Shown here: in pieces, positions 46,880 to 57,290 of the stretch | How positions within the stretch are numbered: position 1 is the stretch's first letter | Layout: each line of letters opens with the position of its first letter | Sequence record: OQ992562.1 | Reading direction: 5' to 3' (one strand) | Length of the DNA stretch: 64,000 bases | The notes under the pieces: generated by a model | Database searches by the model: none | Told to the model about the DNA's origin: nothing | The model's input: the letters and a program-made list of their open reading frames with translations, nothing else | Program-made: the position numbers and the translations under genes

Positions 46880-47695
46880 ATGGCTAAACGAAAAACTCGC
46901 GCAGTAAGTGCACCAGTAACATTATCAGAAATTAGTGAAATCCCTAATGAAGTAACTAATGCAGAGGATAGTGTCAATGAACTTGAAACCACTCCTACTG
47001 AAATTGTTTCTACTGAATCAAGTGAAAATGAAAATACCACTGCCGATTCAGAAAACACAGCCGCAACTGACTCGACAACAGATGAAGAATCAGAAGACAC
47101 GTCTTCTACTGAAGCAAATGGAGATGGGGAATCAGAAGAGCCCGATCTATCGGAGAATCAGGAAGATCCGAAGGAGCCTATAGAAACGCCTGAGGAGCCC
47201 GTTGAAGATGATGATGGTTCAGGTGACCCTGATGGTGGCACATCTGAAGAAAAGCCAACAGAAGGCGATCCAGAGGATCCTGAAGAGCCAACTGAACCTA
47301 CTGACCCTGAAGAACCCACTGATCCAGTTGATCCGGTGGAACCACCGCCTGAAGAACCTAAAGCATTCCAATTAAACCTAGCTACAGTGAAATCACAGTT
47401 TGGTGATTTACCAACGTATTGGGCTATTGAGTTAATTAAACGTTATTTCAGTGCGCCACCTGCTATCTATATCCCAGATGTAGTCGATAACCCTGATTTC
47501 AAAATAATGGTTCAACAGGTAAAATTCTTTGGTAATGGTCTACGTCCGATATATAACTCTAAGAACATGATTACTTTCACCACTATGTTAGAAGGTGCAA
47601 GTGAAGCAACAATCTTAGAGGATATGAAGAAACAACAACCGGCATTACTAAGTTTATTACCTTGGTATGATCCAAACGCTGAAATAGATAAATGA
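46880..47695 (+). CDS. Acidic low-complexity protein with a folded C-terminal domain, 271 aa
   Basis: E/D/T/S and PEEP/TDP repeats across residues ~20-160. Confidence 0.8.
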   Translation: MAKRKTRAVSAPVTLSEISEIPNEVTNAEDSVNELETTPTEIVSTESSENENTTADSENTAATDSTTDEESEDTSSTEANGDGESEEPDLSENQEDPKEPIETPEEPVEDDDGSGDPDGGTSEEKPTEGDPEDPEEPTEPTDPEEPTDPVDPVEPPPEEPKAFQLNLATVKSQFGDLPTYWAIELIKRYFSAPPAIYIPDVVDNPDFKIMVQQVKFFGNGLRPIYNSKNMITFTTMLEGASEATILEDMKKQQPALLSLLPWYDPNAEIDK

Positions 47696-47798
47696 ACATA
47701 TTGCCTCCCCTAGGGGAGGCTTTATGCTGAGTTAAAAAAAGTTTAAGATCTATATTACATATTTGCAATAATAAACAATATTCAAATAGGTATCTATA

Positions 47799-48614
47799 AT
47801 GACTGAATCAACTACTTTTAGTTTTACCCCTAATCCACATCTAAAAGAAATATACGATAATTTTAAAAATAAATATCCTAAAAACAGTGTAATCTACGGT
47901 TGGATAAATAAAGAAAATAATAAATGGGGAATTACCGGTAATACGAAATATAATTCAATTACAGGTACTGGCCATAATGTTCAATACATTAATCATCTAA
48001 TTTCTAGACTACTAGAAGAAGAACAGCATTTTGAGAATACACGTATTGAAAGAGCATGGCTTAATTTAATTGAGTCATATGAAGACAGTTATAAAAGCGA
48101 TGTATCTCACTATACTAATCTGCCATTAAAAGCCACCTTACCAATTGGTAAGCTCAATGTATTTCAAATCGGAAGAGCACACTCAGATGAACTAGGCATG
48201 ATTACACTAAAATCTGCCAATGTATCAGAAATCATTATTGAGTCTAAATCAGCTCTTGATGAAGCTCTTAATTCTATTGATTGCATTATTCATGAAAACA
48301 TTAAAACTGATTTTAAAGTACTCATGCATGAATTTTATAAAAATGAACCATATAGGCCTGATTGGTTAAAAGAAAATGGTACATGCAAATTTATTCAATC
48401 AACCTTTAACATTGGTTCATCATTTGATTTAATTTACTATGGATGGAAGTGGGAAGGTGTAACCAGAATTAAAACAAGTGATCGAGATGCAGCTGATATG
48501 CTGTATTCTGGTATTATTATTAATACATCAAAATTAGTTAATGATCCAGATAATGAACCGTTATTTGAACAATTAGTTAATGTATGTGAAGTATCAACTG
48601 CTAAAGTAAAATAA
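47799..48614 (+). CDS. Early hypothetical protein (gp36-like), 271 aa
   Basis: TATATTAC at 47751-47758; TAGGT RBS. Confidence 0.75.
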   Translation: MTESTTFSFTPNPHLKEIYDNFKNKYPKNSVIYGWINKENNKWGITGNTKYNSITGTGHNVQYINHLISRLLEEEQHFENTRIERAWLNLIESYEDSYKSDVSHYTNLPLKATLPIGKLNVFQIGRAHSDELGMITLKSANVSEIIIESKSALDEALNSIDCIIHENIKTDFKVLMHEFYKNEPYRPDWLKENGTCKFIQSTFNIGSSFDLIYYGWKWEGVTRIKTSDRDAADMLYSGIIINTSKLVNDPDNEPLFEQLVNVCEVSTAKVK

Positions 48615-48650
48615 GTGTATTATTTTTAATAAATGAAGAGGTTAGAAAAA

Positions 48651-49472
48651 ATGACTCAATTTAACATCACCTGGGAAGAACAACTCCAAGCCCTATCTAA
48701 GCTAGATGGTTTACATCATCCACATAAATTAGAGGATATCTCCGTTCATTGGGTATTTAATCCAGTAGATATTTCAGTTTTTGTTACATGTGCGACCATG
48801 AGTAGTCATAACACCCACTATACTTTTAAACCGCAGTCAAGTCCAGATGATGCCATGGTGCGAGAATATGTACTATCTCGCATTATTGCCGATAATCTGA
48901 AATATGTTGATAATTTATATCTAGCGGCTGGTGCCGTTATTTGCGGTAATGACGAATACATTAGTGATGGTAATGTGATTGGAATTCATATCGCTGACGG
49001 CGTAGGAGGTAACAAGCTTATTCTACCAGTCATTGAATTTATGCCAGGCGTTCATGTTGATGATATCAGTGATGAACTAATCGAGTCGTCATCTTATCAA
49101 GGTATTTTCAAAACAGATAACCTTGAAGAGTTTGAATTCCTTGTTGATAAGAAGAATGCAATTAATGTAAAAGAATTAATTCTAGCCCATACTGATTATT
49201 TCGCTAATAAGCTGGCCTTTAAAGATCCAGCTGAACCAGCTGTAGAAATGTATCAGTTTATTGATCGGACTGAAGTATATTTTAGTTTCGAAGGATGTCA
49301 TTCAGATGTTGAAGAAGTTCTATTTACTATTAAGATCACACGTTATAATCAACCGCTCAATTCAACCGCGATGCAAGTATTTTTGAAAAACCCGCTATTA
49401 CCGCACATCCGGACCATCGTCCGGCAGGCCAATCCGACGCAACGGACGCGCGGTGTACTATTTAATTTTTGA
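48651..49472 (+). CDS. dip: Dip, RNase E degradosome inhibitor (phiKZ gp37), 273 aa
   Basis: MTQFNITWEEQLQALSKLDG start; counting from it gives D137, D138, E214 and E222, the residues I recall as the RNase E-binding acidic patch; two genes before phuZ. Confidence 0.85.
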   Translation: MTQFNITWEEQLQALSKLDGLHHPHKLEDISVHWVFNPVDISVFVTCATMSSHNTHYTFKPQSSPDDAMVREYVLSRIIADNLKYVDNLYLAAGAVICGNDEYISDGNVIGIHIADGVGGNKLILPVIEFMPGVHVDDISDELIESSSYQGIFKTDNLEEFEFLVDKKNAINVKELILAHTDYFANKLAFKDPAEPAVEMYQFIDRTEVYFSFEGCHSDVEEVLFTIKITRYNQPLNSTAMQVFLKNPLLPHIRTIVRQANPTQRTRGVLFNF

Positions 49473-49497
49473 GAAATTCATTACTTTAATAGACTGT

Positions 49498-49680
49498 ATT
49501 TCTCTTATTTATCTCTTTTCTTCTAAAAAGAAAATTATATAAATAGTATATTATGTGGGGGGGGACCCTTTGGGGGGGTCCCATATAATATTCCTTATTA
49601 TTAGAGAAGGGGTATAACCCATCCTTAGTTCGAGAATCTATTACTTTTAGTAATAAGGGATTGGCTATAAAAAGCCAATA
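49498..49680. other. Intergenic structured element: CT-tract, G8/G7 hairpin and further small hairpins
   Basis: G-runs at 49557-49564 and 49572-49578; related sequence in inverse orientation at 58828-58887. Confidence 0.55.
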
Positions 49681-49720
49681 CCGTTTAATTTGAAAATAGA
49701 AAAATTGGAAAAAATGAAAA

Positions 49721-50233
49721 ATGACTGAACAGAAAGATTACACTCTAGTACGTACTCCACTAACTCATGATGAACTAAAGAAAGCATTTAAAGAAGATAA
49801 CATTCATGCATCTGATGTTCAACTAGATAGGTTAGTTAAGTTATCTGAAGAAGTATGTAGTGCTAAAGGCAATTACAACATTCGTCCTTTAGCTAACTCA
49901 AAAGGAATGGTATTTGAATTCACCAACAAAGATGGTGAGATCATTGCACTAATTCCTTTTGATATTTCAAAAGAACGTAAAAATGCCAAAATCCCAAAAA
50001 CGAAATGGCTTACTGAACTTCTAAACGTTTATCGTTATAAAGTTAGTAAGATTGAAGTTAAGAATGTACTTAACATGATTATTGATTGTGTTAAGTCTGG
50101 TGGTACTTGGCAAACATACATGTGTCGAGATAAGATGGTAATCGAATTTAAATCTGATACTGGTAAAGTGATTAGTGAATTAACTGTTCATCAAGAACGA
50201 ACTCATGAAGAGATCGTTACTTTTAAGCACTGA
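49721..50233 (+). CDS. Hypothetical protein with an internal two-fold repeat, 170 aa
   Basis: MVFEFTNKDGEIIALI vs MVIEFKSDTGKVISEL. Confidence 0.75.
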   Translation: MTEQKDYTLVRTPLTHDELKKAFKEDNIHASDVQLDRLVKLSEEVCSAKGNYNIRPLANSKGMVFEFTNKDGEIIALIPFDISKERKNAKIPKTKWLTELLNVYRYKVSKIEVKNVLNMIIDCVKSGGTWQTYMCRDKMVIEFKSDTGKVISELTVHQERTHEEIVTFKH

Positions 50234-50283
50234 TACCATTTACAAGTTGGTATATGAAATTATATTAATCACAATGAGGTGTA

Positions 50284-51267
50284 ATGATGTCTAAAGTAAA
50301 AACTCGAATTTACTTTTGTGGTGGTGCTGGTTTCCGTATTGGTGAACTATTCCATGGTTATCATGAGGATGTTTGCTACATTGATACCAGTGTACAGAAT
50401 AAACACAAACACAATACTGACGATAATACGATCATTATTGAAGCGGATACTAAGCTAGCTGACCAGACTGCACGTAAACGTGCTATCGGTATGGGTAAAG
50501 ATCGTAAGGCAGCCGCAGAACTAATCTCTGCACATATTCCTGCCATTGCCCATCATTTCCCAGCAGGGGATACTAACATCGTGGTATACTCAATGGGTGG
50601 TGCTTCTGGTTCAACCATTGGTCCTTCTCTTGTTAGTCATCTACAACAACAAGGTGAAGTAGTTGTAAGTGTGGTCATTGGATCTTACGACAGTGATATT
50701 AGTCTTCGTAATAGCAGTGGTAGCCTTAAGACTTTTGAAGGGGTTTCCTCTGTTAGTAAAGTTCCGATGATTATTAACTATCATGAGAATGTTGAAGGTA
50801 TACCGCAATCAATGGTGAACCAAAACATTCTTGAAGTACTAAATGCACTAGTAATTCTATTTAATCAAGAACACCAAAGTCTTGATCTAATGGATATCAC
50901 TAACTGGGCACACTTCCATAAGCACCATGATGTACCTGTACAGACTGTCCAATTACACGTGTGTTTCGATCGTCAAGAAGCTCAGGCTATTCTGGATCCA
51001 ATTTCTATTGCTTCACTATACACTGATCCTGATCGCGATGTATCAATTAGTACAGTTCTAACTCGTACTACTGGTTATGCTGATCCTGAAAAATATGATT
51101 TCGATCAAATGCATTTTGTGATCAATGGCCTATCTATTGAAGATATTCGTAAGCGATTAGAAGAACGTCGTGAAATGATGAATCGAGCCAAAGCTAATAT
51201 GCGTAAGCGTCAGTCTACTCTAGATGTGGATGACCAAGCAACTAGTAGTGGTCTTGTATTCGATTAA
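50284..51267 (+). CDS. phuZ: PhuZ phage tubulin, 327 aa
   Basis: YFCGGAGFRIG, YIDTS, GMGKDR, tubulin signature GGASGS, C-terminal LDVDD...GLVFD tail. Confidence 0.95.
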   Translation: MMSKVKTRIYFCGGAGFRIGELFHGYHEDVCYIDTSVQNKHKHNTDDNTIIIEADTKLADQTARKRAIGMGKDRKAAAELISAHIPAIAHHFPAGDTNIVVYSMGGASGSTIGPSLVSHLQQQGEVVVSVVIGSYDSDISLRNSSGSLKTFEGVSSVSKVPMIINYHENVEGIPQSMVNQNILEVLNALVILFNQEHQSLDLMDITNWAHFHKHHDVPVQTVQLHVCFDRQEAQAILDPISIASLYTDPDRDVSISTVLTRTTGYADPEKYDFDQMHFVINGLSIEDIRKRLEERREMMNRAKANMRKRQSTLDVDDQATSSGLVFD

Positions 51268-51275
51268 CTTATACT

Positions 51276-51306
51276 GGAGCCCTTCGGGGCTCCTTTTATT
51301 TTTTTT
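51276..51306 (+). terminator. Intrinsic terminator after phuZ
   Basis: GGAGCCC-ttcg-GGGCTCC then a long T-tract. Confidence 0.85.
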
Positions 51307-51321
51307 GTAACGAGGTGTAAT

Positions 51322-51804
51322 ATGAAACCAGTAAATACAGTTACTTATATTCCTTTGCATGTAGCTGAATCATTTTATTCCCCTAGAAATATGATCTGTC
51401 TACTGGAGAAAGGTAGAGTCCCACTTTATTCAGCAAAACATCTTAATTATTTACGTATCAATGTTGATGACATTGAGGATTATGTTGATTCTTCTTATGA
51501 TCTATTTGATCATCGGCATGCACAACGTATTATTTCCTTCTGTGAAGCTCTTGGTAAGGGTCAACACCTATTCGTACACTGTGAGGCAGGTATTAGCCGA
51601 TCGGCTGCTGTAGCTAAGTTTCTGTGCGATAAAATGGGATTCATTCATGTACCGCATAATCCATCTTTATTTAATTTTGATGGTTACAATGGTCACATTT
51701 ATGGAGTTTTATGTAATGCTAAAGCAGGGAAGCTTTATTATGACGATAGAGCCGATGGTATTTTTATGGGTAAAGTAAATCAGAATTTTGCAGATATTAA
51801 ATAA
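51322..51804 (+). CDS. CX5R (PTP/dual-specificity) phosphatase, 160 aa
   Basis: LFVHCEAGISRSAAVA active-site loop; upstream INVDD acid loop. Confidence 0.85.
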   Translation: MKPVNTVTYIPLHVAESFYSPRNMICLLEKGRVPLYSAKHLNYLRINVDDIEDYVDSSYDLFDHRHAQRIISFCEALGKGQHLFVHCEAGISRSAAVAKFLCDKMGFIHVPHNPSLFNFDGYNGHIYGVLCNAKAGKLYYDDRADGIFMGKVNQNFADIK

Positions 51805-51843
51805 CTAGCGATAATTAATAATCTGTATATTAGGAGATAACCG

Positions 51844-52317
51844 ATGGCAAAGAACACTGCTAAAAAGCTCGACGAGCAAATGGCAGCTGAACTTGATCTG
51901 ACGTTATCTCCGTTTACTATGGTTCTGAAACACGTAGTTCGTCTCCCCAACATAGTTGAGGGATTTATCTTTGTAATGGTTAAGGATGGAATTATTAGCT
52001 ATGATCGGGTAGACAAATGGGCTGAAGTAAACGGGATGCGTTTGCGAGTTCCTCGTTTCAAATCGCATTCGGTTATTGAGAAGCGGTTAAACGATAAGCT
52101 GTATAGACGTTGGTATGTTTGGGGGAATGGTATTTTATATCCATTACAAACATCCAAGGTTGAAGATTTAAAAGATAATTTCTATTTCAAGATTGACAGT
52201 AACCCCCACTGTTGTACCATCCACATTCCAAATATTGATGCAGACAGTATACGAAATAATACATTACCATTTTTCGAAAGAGTCCACCCTGGATGGGGTG
52301 TTATATTAACTAATTGA
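51844..52317 (+). CDS. Hypothetical protein, 157 aa
   Basis: AGGAG RBS. Confidence 0.75.
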   Translation: MAKNTAKKLDEQMAAELDLTLSPFTMVLKHVVRLPNIVEGFIFVMVKDGIISYDRVDKWAEVNGMRLRVPRFKSHSVIEKRLNDKLYRRWYVWGNGILYPLQTSKVEDLKDNFYFKIDSNPHCCTIHIPNIDADSIRNNTLPFFERVHPGWGVILTN

Positions 52318-52646
52318 GATTTACGTATATGCTATTATTGATTGATTATCCTGAGGTTAAGGAACTGGCAGATTATGTAATGTCTGAATTTGAACAATAT
52401 CCTAAATTAGTTAGTGGTTCTATTCTTTCACTTGAACACCACACTAAAGGATCATTTGATTTTATCTGGAGATATGACGGATGTGTTGATATTAGATATA
52501 AAAATCATATCTGTGGGACTATTACATTTATGGGTTCATATCCAACTTATTTAACTTATAAAAATGTTATTACCATCAATGTCCAAGATATGATTATTTC
52601 ATTAACAGATATCGAGAAATCATTATGTCAACAGTTGCTCAGTTAA
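52314..52646 (+). CDS. Hypothetical protein, about 105-110 aa
   Basis: In operon; start uncertain. Confidence 0.6.
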   Translation: MRFTYMLLLIDYPEVKELADYVMSEFEQYPKLVSGSILSLEHHTKGSFDFIWRYDGCVDIRYKNHICGTITFMGSYPTYLTYKNVITINVQDMIISLTDIEKSLCQQLLS

Positions 52647-52912
52647 GTATTTATGTAAAACAGTTTGTTCGTCTTAATCTTAAAGATGAGGATGTTATTT
52701 TAGCCGATGGCGAGAAATGGAATATTTTTGTTTTAAATAAAAATAAACTATTGATCCGTGATAGTGATCGAATAGCAGTTACAACTATCGATTATGATTC
52801 ATTCGGTAAGATTATTAAGATTGATCATTCTGATTTTGTCAATAGTTCCATGGCAACTGATAAGGCATATGAGGTATTAAAAACATATATAGCTCATCGC
52901 TATGGGGTTTAA
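52625..52912 (+). CDS. Hypothetical protein, 95 aa
   Basis: In operon. Confidence 0.6.
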   Translation: MSTVAQLSIYVKQFVRLNLKDEDVILADGEKWNIFVLNKNKLLIRDSDRIAVTTIDYDSFGKIIKIDHSDFVNSSMATDKAYEVLKTYIAHRYGV

Positions 52913-52979
52913 TAAATATTTAAATACATTTAAAGGCTATATTACAAACATGATAATAATCCATGTTAAAGGAATAATC

Positions 52980-53207
52980 ATGAATAGCCTTGCATATAAA
53001 ACAACTGTTGTATTCGGTAAGACATATCGCGTAACAGGTAACAAAGCATTTATATCCATTCTAGATTCACGTGGCAATATTTGCTTTGAATTAAATATCG
53101 TTGAAAAGAAAGCATGTCAACCGTGTAATAACTTTAGACGGTATTGTTCAGGTATTGGTATTGCACCTGGTGATCTCATCAAAAAGATTCTCAACAGTAT
53201 TAATTGA
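52980..53207 (+). CDS. Hypothetical protein, 75 aa
   Basis: Start placed at MNSLAY after AAAGGAA. Confidence 0.6.
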   Translation: MNSLAYKTTVVFGKTYRVTGNKAFISILDSRGNICFELNIVEKKACQPCNNFRRYCSGIGIAPGDLIKKILNSIN

Positions 53208-53315
53208 TGATGGGTTATACCAGTATGTTTTTAAATATAGTGTTATTTAGATATTATCTTAATGGCATAAGCCCTCCCGCAATGGGAGGGCATTATGTCT
53301 TTTTTTTATTTTTTT

Positions 53316-54125
<810 letters not shown>

Positions 54126-54252
54126 CTATAATGCGCTGTACGCGTTTTTTCGATGGAGATAATACCCAACTAAGGTATAATATACATCGGCTTACCACGA
54201 ACAGATTTGACTAAAAATATTTTTAGATCTATATCATGTTCCTGAACATTTA

Positions 54253-54681
54253 ATGAGAGATTGTACTGTGACTACTCCCCAAGTAGCTGACCTGTATGTA
54301 ATAGATGTAACGAGGGTGATAGCCAAGTTAGTACCAAGATCGCCAAAAGAGCTAATAAATGCTCGTTTAGCAATTAGGTGCCAAAGCTTTGGAATACATC
54401 CAGATGACTATGGTACATTAGAGCATATATTTAAATCAGTAGAGGACAGCTTAATTGATGACTTCTTTAAATACTCTATTGACTCTTTTGAATTCATGTA
54501 TACTACTGGATATAATCCAATAAATAACACCCCTCAAGAAATCCAATGGTTTCATGATAATCATGAGGCCGCATCTGATCTTTGGGATATATTAAAAATT
54601 ATACCTAGAGTAAATGCAGGTAAGTTTGTAATATTCTATCGGTTAAAGAACACAGTTTGGATCGCTATTCCAAAAAATTAA
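54253..54681 (+). CDS. Hypothetical protein, 142 aa, array member
   Basis: After a TATATCAT motif at about 54228. Confidence 0.7.
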   Translation: MRDCTVTTPQVADLYVIDVTRVIAKLVPRSPKELINARLAIRCQSFGIHPDDYGTLEHIFKSVEDSLIDDFFKYSIDSFEFMYTTGYNPINNTPQEIQWFHDNHEAASDLWDILKIIPRVNAGKFVIFYRLKNTVWIAIPKN

Positions 54682-54694
54682 TTGGAGAAATATA

Positions 54695-55768
54695 ATGTCG
54701 AATAAGCTCATTGTACTTGATACGCGCCACCAAGAAAAAGCAATATACGATTTACTAGGTCAGCTTACAGCTTCAGCTTCAATTGATGAAGCGATTGGGG
54801 TGAAATTGAGTAAAGATGTGGCTCAACAGTTTTTACATCTAATGGTTGAAAATATAGTAGAGAGTTTAGTTTCATATAAAACAGCCAAAGACCAGTACAC
54901 CAATCTTAAGATGGCCGCAGCTATTTTTAATTGTGCTGTAACTGACGTAGATAGTAATAAAGTTGCTTGGGTAGAAAATCTAATGAAACTACCTTATCTA
55001 GAAACTATCTATCTAGATATCTATAAGCAAGTAGCAAAATATATCGATAGCGGTACATGGATCCAATGGGATGTAGTTAAAGCTGGTTCAGTTATAACTT
55101 TAATCAGTGGTAAAGATTATCGAATCGCAGAATATGATCGTGTCCATGGGATTGATAATGGTGATGATCATGCAGTGGTATCACTTAACCTACTGAACCC
55201 ATTAAACTATTTATTTAGTGAATTTCTACGGACTTTCTTCCATGGCTTTGACAAAATTAATTTACAAACACTAGGTTATAGTATCTACGAATCTAGACGT
55301 AAAACTCAGCCATCTATTACCAATGGCGGTAGCTATACTTTAAATAAAGACCACATCACCACTAACCATGCATACAACATCGCAGTAGAATATATTCAAG
55401 AACAGTTAACTGCATTACTTATTGGCGTAATTGTTAAACAATATAGTAATATTAAAGTATCTTACCTAATACCTAAGGTTAACCATGATTTCTTTGCAAG
55501 TTTAGGACTTGATAATTTATTACTATTTGAAGAGAAATATATTAGCCCTCTAGTTAGTTCTATTAACATGGCTTATTTTTCAACCAGAATTGAGCATGAT
55601 GTTAAGTATGAACTAGAGTATCATAGCTATGTAATTTCTGTATACAAGAATAAGAATGCAACTTATCCTATTGAGAAATTAGTATTTGAATATCAACGTG
55701 GTGATTATCTACCTGATGATCAGCGAGCGCAAGCTGAGCGATACATTTTAGAAAATAATCTATACTAA
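54695..55768 (+). CDS. Hypothetical protein, 357 aa, array member
   Basis: GGAG RBS. Confidence 0.8.
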   Translation: MSNKLIVLDTRHQEKAIYDLLGQLTASASIDEAIGVKLSKDVAQQFLHLMVENIVESLVSYKTAKDQYTNLKMAAAIFNCAVTDVDSNKVAWVENLMKLPYLETIYLDIYKQVAKYIDSGTWIQWDVVKAGSVITLISGKDYRIAEYDRVHGIDNGDDHAVVSLNLLNPLNYLFSEFLRTFFHGFDKINLQTLGYSIYESRRKTQPSITNGGSYTLNKDHITTNHAYNIAVEYIQEQLTALLIGVIVKQYSNIKVSYLIPKVNHDFFASLGLDNLLLFEEKYISPLVSSINMAYFSTRIEHDVKYELEYHSYVISVYKNKNATYPIEKLVFEYQRGDYLPDDQRAQAERYILENNLY

Positions 55769-55817
55769 ATAAAGCCCTCCATAAGGAGGGCTTTATATCG
55801 CTTATAAGGTTTTTATA

Positions 55818-56207
55818 ATGAACATATCTAATGATAAAGACACATCAATGTGTATCAGAATGGAAGTAAGATCTTTTGTACAAGACCAACATTCTGATAT
55901 TTGGAAATCTATAAAAAATAGTATTGGTGCAGAATATGCATTAACAATTGTATTGGCAGCAGCGTCTGAGAGAGCATCAGGTGGTACATCTAATGATGTC
56001 ATAGAACTAATTAATCAGATGCTGGGTTATAGGGATATTTGTGATATTGATTTAACAACTTATCTGTATAATTGTTCTAACCGGGTAGTTCTACCATCAG
56101 CTGGTAACATCCAGTTAAATAGGGTTATTTATGATACTGAGAAACCAGAAGATCTATACGTCACCATTACCCACACCACAACCTCGTTTTTTACTAAGAG
56201 CGACTAA
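55818..56207 (+). CDS. Hypothetical protein, 129 aa, array member
   Basis: AAGGT RBS. Confidence 0.65.
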   Translation: MNISNDKDTSMCIRMEVRSFVQDQHSDIWKSIKNSIGAEYALTIVLAAASERASGGTSNDVIELINQMLGYRDICDIDLTTYLYNCSNRVVLPSAGNIQLNRVIYDTEKPEDLYVTITHTTTSFFTKSD

Positions 56208-56583
56208 AAGTAAACTTATTAAAGATGATAACTATCTAAGATTTGTATTGGACTTTTTAGATATTAATTATATCGAAGCAATGCATTTGCTTGTTGCATT
56301 GGCAGAACAGAAGCTTATGCAAATGGTCGTTAAAGAAGAAATGTTCTATGAATATGCTAAAGACATTCATTTCATGCATAAACTAATAGAACTTCTCGAT
56401 GAGGGTGCTGAGCAGATCATGCACCTCATTCCAACAAATACTAAGGAACTGTGGTATGAAACAGAAGCACGAGATGGATTGTACATCGGAGGAAGTACAA
56501 CGTCTGGTATATGTATTGCCAATCGAAGTGGTATTCCCACAATTAATCACATTGATAAAGAAATTTACTTACCTAACAAATAA
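56131..56583 (+). CDS. Hypothetical protein, 150 aa; start uncertain
   Basis: TAGGG 7 nt before the ATG; 77-nt overlap with the upstream ORF. Confidence 0.55.
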   Translation: MILRNQKIYTSPLPTPQPRFLLRATKSKLIKDDNYLRFVLDFLDINYIEAMHLLVALAEQKLMQMVVKEEMFYEYAKDIHFMHKLIELLDEGAEQIMHLIPTNTKELWYETEARDGLYIGGSTTSGICIANRSGIPTINHIDKEIYLPNK

Positions 56584-56914
56584 AGATGAAGCTACAGTCA
56601 TCGTCTTATTAACTCAATGGGTTGTTAAGATGATGTCTAAATTACAACAGGATAATACGGTTATTCCTTTTGTGGATATATCAATACAACTAGGAAATGG
56701 TCCAGATTGGGATGAGTTCATTAATTTGTTCTATACAACTGGAATCCAATTACTACATAGAACACCGAAGAATTTAATAGACTATAAGTTCATTAGAGTA
56801 ATAGATAATAAAGTTGTTCTATTAACTATAGTCACTGGTAAAGAGTGGAGTCAATATGCAATTGTTGCTAATTTTGAAACCGCGTTCTTTTACGGAAGAG
56901 CTAGGTGTAGGTGA
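56454..56914 (+). CDS. Hypothetical protein, about 150 aa (likely start MKQKHE)
   Basis: AAGGAA 7 nt before the ATG; long overlap with the upstream ORF. Confidence 0.55.
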
Positions 56915-57290
56915 GCCGACTGATTTTGTACTATGGTGTATTAATAGACTTCTAGCAGCATATGTAGAATACTTTAACCACTGGCAGAGATTAGATTGGC
57001 CTACCTTTTTAGAGCAATGGTTAGAAGATTACTTAAGCGATACCTATATAGAACCAGATAGACCGATGAGCATGATGGTATTTGATCATCAGGGAAATCC
57101 TAATACTATCAATTGGCACTTAAGATCTGCTGAGATTATCGAAAGGGTATTGGATTTATTTGGAACTGATTTCTTAGAGATAATCCAAAAACAAGTTATT
57201 CAAGCAGGTAATCTTATTACTAGTCTTAAATGTATAGAAGTAGATAAATATAAGATGGTAACTAAATTAGTTATGAGGTCTCAAACATGA
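56856..57290 (+). CDS. Hypothetical protein, 144 aa, array member
   Basis: GGAG RBS. Confidence 0.7.
   Translation: MQLLLILKPRSFTEELGVGEPTDFVLWCINRLLAAYVEYFNHWQRLDWPTFLEQWLEDYLSDTYIEPDRPMSMMVFDHQGNPNTINWHLRSAEIIERVLDLFGTDFLEIIQKQVIQAGNLITSLKCIEVDKYKMVTKLVMRSQT

Noticed and set aside
47150-47360. Possible CRISPR or non-coding repeat array
   Set aside because: The repeats are degenerate, in frame and encode PEEP/TDP peptides; there are no constant repeats with unique spacers. No CRISPR array was seen anywhere in the window
46880-48614. Either 271-aa ORF as Dip, based on length
   Set aside because: The diagnostic N-terminus and the D137/D138/E214/E222 positions fit 48651-49472 instead
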